NCBI RefSeq assembly: GCF_049243625.1
Contig: NZ_CP046975.1
Strand: one strand, 5' to 3'
DNA length: 32,000 nt
DNA from: Corynebacterium amycolatum
GTDB taxonomy: Bacteria; Actinomycetota; Actinomycetes; Mycobacteriales; Mycobacteriaceae
Of the stretch, positions 27,358-32,000 are shown in pieces; position 1 is the first letter of the stretch, and each line of letters begins with the position of its first letter. The position numbers and the translations under genes were made by a program. The notes beneath the pieces were generated by a model. The model searched no databases. It saw only the letters and a program-made list of their open reading frames with translations, and had not been told where the DNA came from.

Positions 27358-28254
27358 ATGAAGAACTTCTCCGTGGCCGTCCGCTCGGCTGCTGTTGCAA
27401 CTGTTGCGGCTCTGGGTCTGAGCTTGGGCGCAGGTGCTGCCAACGCACAGCCGGCACTGCCGGAAATGCCGAACATTCCGATTCCGGGTATCGGCGACAC
27501 CGGCCCGAAGGGCGTCAAGCAGATCGTCACCTTCGGTGACTCCTTCACCGCTAATGCCGGTAAGGGTGGCCCGCGTGGCCTGGCGCCGGGGCAGAACGTG
27601 CTGGTCGCTAACTGTGCCACCGACATGGAAAACTGGCCGAAGATTGCAGCGTCGAAGCTGAACAAGTCCCTGGGTGACTGGTCCTGTAACGGTCTTGGTG
27701 GCTTCCCGGGTCAGCTCCTCGCATACCTGGAAGCTTCCATCCAGTACGGCGACATCGGAGAGGGCACTGAGAAGGTTGTCCTGATGTACGGCGGCATGGA
27801 CTGGGTCCAGTGGGTTGACGTGGCAGGCGAGCTGGTCGCAAAGCCGGACCCCAAGGCTCCGTCGCTGTTCAAGCAGACGCTGCGTCAGTTCACTGACCGC
27901 GTCCACCAGGTTGCTCCGGGTGCTCAGGTCGTCCTGGCTTCGTACCCTGAGTACGCTACCAATGACCAGCTGTGCCTGGTGAACGCCCCGAACCAGACCT
28001 TCCCGATCCCGGCACCGGGTGCCAGCGAGATTCAGGGGGCATTCCGCGACAGCATTCGCTCCGCGTCTCAGCACGTAGGTGCCGGCTTCATCGACGTCTA
28101 CGAGGCAACCCTCGGCCACGGTACCTGCAACCCAAACCCGGATGAGCGCTTCGTCGCCGGTTTCGCAGATCCGGTGATGGGCCCGATGACCAATCACCCG
28201 ACGGTGGCTGGCGAAAAGGCTATGGGTAACATCATCGCCGACCAGCTCTACTAA
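27358..28254 (+). CDS. Secreted SGNH/GDSL-family hydrolase (esterase/lipase)
   Basis: I prefer the ATG at 27358. The signal peptide is MKNFSVAVRSAAVATVAALGLSLGAGAANA-QP. Block I is VTFGDSFTAN and the C-terminal block is ...MTNHPT. The track start at 27226 adds an unlikely 44-aa extension. Confidence 0.8.
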   Translation: MKNFSVAVRSAAVATVAALGLSLGAGAANAQPALPEMPNIPIPGIGDTGPKGVKQIVTFGDSFTANAGKGGPRGLAPGQNVLVANCATDMENWPKIAASKLNKSLGDWSCNGLGGFPGQLLAYLEASIQYGDIGEGTEKVVLMYGGMDWVQWVDVAGELVAKPDPKAPSLFKQTLRQFTDRVHQVAPGAQVVLASYPEYATNDQLCLVNAPNQTFPIPAPGASEIQGAFRDSIRSASQHVGAGFIDVYEATLGHGTCNPNPDERFVAGFADPVMGPMTNHPTVAGEKAMGNIIADQLY

Positions 28255-28315
28255 TTTCCTCTAGCCGGCGCCATATCGGCTAGAAATTGAGTTCCACTGC
28301 TAATTGGTGGGGCTT

Positions 28316-28355
28316 CACGCCGCGAGCGGACTAACGTCCAGCCGCGGCGTTTTTG
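28316..28355 (+). terminator. Rho-independent terminator after the SGNH hydrolase gene
   Basis: The stem cacgccgcg (28316-28324) / cgcggcgt (28343-28350) is followed by ttttgc. Confidence 0.7.
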
Positions 28356-28380
28356 CATTTCGGTCGGTATTTGTTAGTAT
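28353..28380 (+). promoter_or_regulatory. Candidate promoter of the rpsH operon (TTGCAT-N16-TAGTAT with an extended TGT)
   Basis: TTGCAT is at 28353-28358 and tgtTAGTAT has its -10 at 28375-28380. The -10 hexamer is the same as in the candidate tuf promoter. Confidence 0.5.
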
Positions 28381-28658
28381 CACCAGGTCTGCCCTCTGTA
28401 AGAGGTGCGGCAGTAAAAATGTAAGAACTTTGCTGTAGGCCCCCTCGCCTCGCATCGTCTCTGGCGTCACCTGGGTGGCGAGCTGACTCGGCTATTGAAC
28501 CGAGTTGGCGAACAGTAGCCCTTAAATCGCCGGAATCACGATATTGGTAGTCGCTCCATCTTAAGCTTTTGCCGTGTGACAGTTGCTGTTTGCGCGGTCA
28601 TTGGAGTTAGCCACGAGGTGAGAAGGAACCGCAGCGAGAAAGGAAGCGGTCACTAACC

Positions 28659-29057
28659 ATGACCATGACTGACCCAATCGCCGACATGCTGTCGCGCGTG
28701 CGCAACGCTAACAACGCGTACCACGACTCTGTCTCGATGCCGTCGTCCAAGCTGAAGGCTAACATCGCCGAGATCCTCAAGTCTGAGGGTTACATTGCGG
28801 ACTACGCAGTCGAGGATGCCAAGGTCGGCAAGACCCTGACCCTGAACCTGAAGTACGGCCCATCCCGCGAGCGTTCGATCGCTGGCGTGCGTCGCGTCTC
28901 CAAGCCGGGTCTGCGTGTTTACGCAAAGTCCACTAACCTGCCGAAGGTCCTCGGTGGCCTGGGCGTGGCTATCATCTCCACGTCTCAGGGCCTGCTGACT
29001 GACCGTCAGGCTTACGAGAAGAAGGTTGGCGGGGAAGTCCTCGCTTACGTCTGGTAA
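28659..29057 (+). CDS. rpsH: 30S ribosomal protein S8
   Basis: [46 protein letters not shown]. Confidence 0.98.
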   Translation: MTMTDPIADMLSRVRNANNAYHDSVSMPSSKLKANIAEILKSEGYIADYAVEDAKVGKTLTLNLKYGPSRERSIAGVRRVSKPGLRVYAKSTNLPKVLGGLGVAIISTSQGLLTDRQAYEKKVGGEVLAYVW

Positions 29058-29072
29058 AGGGGGAACTACACA

Positions 29073-29609
29073 ATGTCTCGTATTGGTAAGAACCCTGTCG
29101 TTGTCCCGGCAAATGTTACTGCACAGGTCAACGGCCAGGACGTTTCCGTCAAGGGCCCGAAGGGCGAGCTGTCTGTCTCTATCCCGGCTCCAATTACCGT
29201 TGAGCTGAAGGACAATGAGATTGTGGTCAACCGCCCGGATGACCACCGCAAGAGCCGCTCCCTGCACGGCCTGTCCCGTTCGCTGATCAACAATATGGTT
29301 GTCGGTGTGACCGAGGGCTACACCATCAAGATGGAAATCTTCGGTGTTGGTTACCGTGTCGCCAAGAAGGGCAAGGACCTCGAGTTCTCCTTGGGCTACT
29401 CGCACCCAGTCCTGATCGAAGCACCGGAAGGTATCACCTTCGATGTCGACGGCACCACCAAGCTGTCGATCACAGGTATTGATAAGCAGCAGGTCGGACA
29501 GCTCGCAGCTAACATCCGTCGTCTGCGTAAGGATGATCCTTACAAGGGCAAGGGCATTCGTTACGATGGCGAGCAGATCCGTCGCAAGATCGGAAAGACG
29601 GGTAAGTAA
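29073..29609 (+). CDS. rplF: 50S ribosomal protein L6
   Basis: [34 protein letters not shown]...[12 protein letters not shown]. Confidence 0.98.
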   Translation: MSRIGKNPVVVPANVTAQVNGQDVSVKGPKGELSVSIPAPITVELKDNEIVVNRPDDHRKSRSLHGLSRSLINNMVVGVTEGYTIKMEIFGVGYRVAKKGKDLEFSLGYSHPVLIEAPEGITFDVDGTTKLSITGIDKQQVGQLAANIRRLRKDDPYKGKGIRYDGEQIRRKIGKTGK

Positions 29610-30007
29610 TGAGCAACACCAACGAAAAGCGCCTCCCGGTAGGCAAGGACATCTCGACTCGTCGTCGTGTCGCCCGCGCCCGCCGTCACGCACGCTTGCG
29701 CAAGAACGTCCGCGGCACCTCCGAGGCACCGCGCCTCGTCGTGCACCGCTCTTCCCGCCACATCACCGCTCAGGTTATCGACGACTCTATCGGTCGTACC
29801 CTGGCCGCTGCTTCCACTCTGGACGCAGATCTCCGTGGCTTCGAGGGCGACAAGAAGGCCAAGAGCGCCAAGGTCGGCGAGTTGATTGCTGCTCGCGCTA
29901 AGGATGCTGGCATCGAGAATGTCGTTTTCGACCGCGGTGGCTACCAGTACCACGGCCGCGTTGCTGCTCTGGCCGAGGCTGCCCGTGAAGGTGGTCTGAA
30001 GTTCTAA
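29609..30007 (+). CDS. rplR: 50S ribosomal protein L18
   Basis: [35 protein letters not shown]...[28 protein letters not shown]. Confidence 0.97.
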   Translation: MSNTNEKRLPVGKDISTRRRVARARRHARLRKNVRGTSEAPRLVVHRSSRHITAQVIDDSIGRTLAAASTLDADLRGFEGDKKAKSAKVGELIAARAKDAGIENVVFDRGGYQYHGRVAALAEAAREGGLKF

Positions 30008-30041
30008 TGCGCACTTACAAGTCCAACGGAAGGAATGCGTG

Positions 30042-30659
30042 ATGTCGGAACGCGATAAGCGCGAAGGCGGACGTAACTCCGCTGACAACAAGAACAACAA
30101 CCGTCGTGGTGGCCGCGGTAACGACCGTCGCCAGCAGGACGAGCGTTCGCAGTACATCGAGCGCGTAGTAACTATTAACCGAGTTTCCAAGGTCGTCAAG
30201 GGCGGTCGTCGCTTCAGCTTCACCGCTCTGGTCATCGTCGGTGACGGCGAGGGCATGGTCGGCGTCGGCTACGGCAAGGCCAAGGAAGTACCGGCAGCTA
30301 TCCAGAAGGGTGCTGAAGAGGCTCGTAAGAACTTCTTCCGCGTCCCGATGATTGCTGGCACCATCACCCACCCGGTTCAGGGTGAGACCGCTGCTGGCAT
30401 CGTGCTGCTGCGCCCGGCTGCTCCGGGTACCGGTCTGATTGCCGGCGGCGCTGTCCGCCCGGTTCTCGAGTGCGCCGGTGTTCAGGATGTTCTGTCCAAG
30501 TCGCTGGGTACCAACAACTCCATCAACGTTGTTCACGCAACCGTTGATGCTCTCAAGCAGCTGGTTCGCCCTGAAGAGGTCGCCGCACGTCGTGGCAAGT
30601 CCCTCGAAGAGGTCACCCCGGCACGTATGCTGCGCGCACGCGCAGGTCAGGGAGCGTGA
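30042..30659 (+). CDS. rpsE: 30S ribosomal protein S5 (with the actinobacterial basic N-terminal extension)
   Basis: [52 protein letters not shown] prefer the ATG at 30042 (GGAAGGA 7 nt upstream); the GTG at 30039 is an alternative start. Confidence 0.96.
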   Translation: MSERDKREGGRNSADNKNNNRRGGRGNDRRQQDERSQYIERVVTINRVSKVVKGGRRFSFTALVIVGDGEGMVGVGYGKAKEVPAAIQKGAEEARKNFFRVPMIAGTITHPVQGETAAGIVLLRPAAPGTGLIAGGAVRPVLECAGVQDVLSKSLGTNNSINVVHATVDALKQLVRPEEVAARRGKSLEEVTPARMLRARAGQGA

Positions 30660-30664
30660 TTTCC

Positions 30665-30850
30665 ATGGCACTGAAGATTACCCAGGTCCGTGGTACCGCT
30701 GGTACCGAGCAGAAGCAGAAGGATTCGCTGCGCACCCTCGGCCTGAAGCGCATCAACGATTCCGTCGTCCGCCCGGATTCTCCGGCTGTGCGCGGTCTCG
30801 TGAACGTTGTGCGTCACCTGGTCGAGGTTGAAGAAGTAGCGGGGGAGTAG
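30665..30850 (+). CDS. rpmD: 50S ribosomal protein L30
   Basis: [35 protein letters not shown] gives 61 aa from the ATG at 30665. The track start at 30656 adds 3 codons. Confidence 0.95.
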   Translation: MALKITQVRGTAGTEQKQKDSLRTLGLKRINDSVVRPDSPAVRGLVNVVRHLVEVEEVAGE

Positions 30851-30857
30851 GTAAACC

Positions 30858-31304
30858 ATGAGCGAACCAATTAAGCTCCACGACTTGGCCCCGGCTCCGG
30901 GTGCTAAGAAGAAGAAGACTCGCGTCGGCCGTGGTGAGGCTTCCAAGGGTAAGACCGCTGGTCGCGGCACCAAGGGCACCAAGGCCCGCAAGCAGGTTTC
31001 GGCAGCATTCGAGGGTGGCCAGATGCCACTTCACATGCGTCTGCCGAAGTTGAAGGGCTTCAAGAACCCGGCGAAGGTCACCTTCCAGGTGGTCAACGTT
31101 TCGGATTTGGAGCGTCTGTTCCCGAACGGTGGCGACGTCACCATCGCCGACCTGGTTGCAAAGGGCGCCGTCCGCGCTAACCAGCCGGTGAAGGTCCTCG
31201 GCGACGGCGACATCAACGTCTCCGTCAACGTCACCGCAACCAAGTTCTCGGGCTCCGCAAAGTCCAAGATCGAGGCTGCAGGCGGCTCTGTCACTGAGGC
31301 TTAA
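30858..31304 (+). CDS. rplO: 50S ribosomal protein L15
   Basis: [40 protein letters not shown]... Confidence 0.97.
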   Translation: MSEPIKLHDLAPAPGAKKKKTRVGRGEASKGKTAGRGTKGTKARKQVSAAFEGGQMPLHMRLPKLKGFKNPAKVTFQVVNVSDLERLFPNGGDVTIADLVAKGAVRANQPVKVLGDGDINVSVNVTATKFSGSAKSKIEAAGGSVTEA

Positions 31305-31323
31305 AGCATTTAAGCTTTAATAG

Positions 31324-31360
31324 AAAAGCTCCTAACCCATGTGGTTAGGAGCTTTTTTGT
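31324..31360. terminator. Bidirectional rho-independent terminator between the convergent rplO and oxoamine synthase genes
   Basis: A 14-bp perfect stem, aaaagctcctaacc (31324-31337) / ggttaggagctttt (31343-31356), has an A-run on the left and a T-run on the right. Confidence 0.8.
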
Positions 31361-31406
31361 ATTGAGAGGGAGGAAATTGGAGGGGAGGGCAGCGCAAACC
31401 GCTGGC

Positions 31407-32000
31407 TTACAGCAGGCCGGTGGTTCGCAGAGCCCACTCCAGTTGGTCGATGTCAGCGTCGGTGTGCAGCGCGGTGATGGTCAATCGCAACATTGCCTCA
31501 CCACGGGGCACCGTCGGATAGCGAATTGCAGGTATAAACACGCCTAGCTCCGCCAACTGTGCTGAGGCGTCCATCGCTTCGGTCTCGTCCCCGACGGGCA
31601 GCGGGATGATGGCAGATGCGGGGTCTGACTGCGCGCCAACCAGGGAGCGGACGCACGCAATATTACGTTGCAATCGCTTGACGACGTCCCCAACCTCCAA
31701 CTGCTTCAACGCTGCGCGGATAGCTGCGACAGAACCAGGGTTCATGGACGTTGAGTACACGTAGCTACGGGCTTGATTGCGTAGCAGTTCGCCAACTGGT
31801 GCCGAGCAGAGAACGTATCCTCCTTCGACCCCGAGAGCCTTGCTCGCGGTGCCGACCACAATGTCCGGGCGAATGCCCAGGTGCGCTGCAGTGCCACGAC
31901 CGTGTTCTCCGATAACTCCGACGCCGTGGGCGTCGTCAAGCATCAGCCATGCGTTGCGACGGTGACAGGTGCGCTCGAGTGCCGGGCCGTCGATGACCTC
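31407..32000 (-). CDS. PLP-dependent alpha-oxoamine synthase family protein (8-amino-7-oxononanoate synthase/KBL-like). The 5' end lies beyond the window.
   Basis: The frame stays open upstream of the track Met up to position 32000 (EVIDGPALERTCHRRNAWLMLDDAHGVGVIGEHGRGT). The motifs DDAHG..G..GRG and the lysine motif GTASKALGVEGGY are class II aminotransferase (BioF/Kbl) signatures. Confidence 0.8.
   Translation of the reverse strand, partial: EVIDGPALERTCHRRNAWLMLDDAHGVGVIGEHGRGTAAHLGIRPDIVVGTASKALGVEGGYVLCSAPVGELLRNQARSYVYSTSMNPGSVAAIRAALKQLEVGDVVKRLQRNIACVRSLVGAQSDPASAIIPLPVGDETEAMDASAQLAELGVFIPAIRYPTVPRGEAMLRLTITALHTDADIDQLEWALRTTGLL

Noticed and set aside
1-32000. Defence systems, prophage, transposase/IS elements, tRNA or rRNA genes
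   Set aside because: I read all ORFs of at least 60 aa and the intergenic regions. None shows nuclease, ATPase, integrase or transposase hallmarks, a tRNA T-arm (GGTTCGAATCC-like) or rRNA segments. The window is dominated by housekeeping translation genes plus transporters.

Overview
This is a moderately GC-rich actinobacterial chromosome segment. It is most consistent with a Corynebacterium: EF-Tu and EF-G are near-identical in pattern to C. glutamicum, and the tuf upstream region resembles the C. glutamicum Ptuf sequence as I recall it. Gene order from left to right is as follows. (1) Minus-strand urease structural genes in a non-canonical layout: ureA, then a His-rich 309-aa protein, then an in-frame ureB-ureC fusion that runs off the left edge. 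(2) A divergent NCS1-type permease, an NAD(P)-binding protein, an FAD-oxidoreductase/Cfa-type methyltransferase pair (BfaA/BfaB-like, 10-methyl fatty acid synthesis) and a lipoprotein. (3) rpsL-rpsG-fusA, then tuf, then the 11-gene S10 operon (rpsJ to rpsQ). (4) A 5-gene ion/solute transporter island (mgtE, SAM methyltransferase, FNT channel, VIT1/CCC1, Bcr/CflA MFS). (5) rplN-rplX-rplE. (6) A secreted SGNH hydrolase. (7) rpsH-rplF-rplR-rpsE-rpmD-rplO. (8) A convergent PLP-dependent alpha-oxoamine synthase-like gene that runs off the right edge. I recognised no rRNA, tRNA, CRISPR array, transposase or phage gene. The most unusual items are the urease cluster architecture, an exact 11-mer (CGTCGTAAAGC) found only in intergenic regions and mostly upstream of ribosomal operons, and several long structured non-coding spacers (rpsG-fusA, fusA-tuf, tuf-rpsJ and upstream of rpsH). 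All product calls come from reading the translations by eye. No database search or HMM was run.
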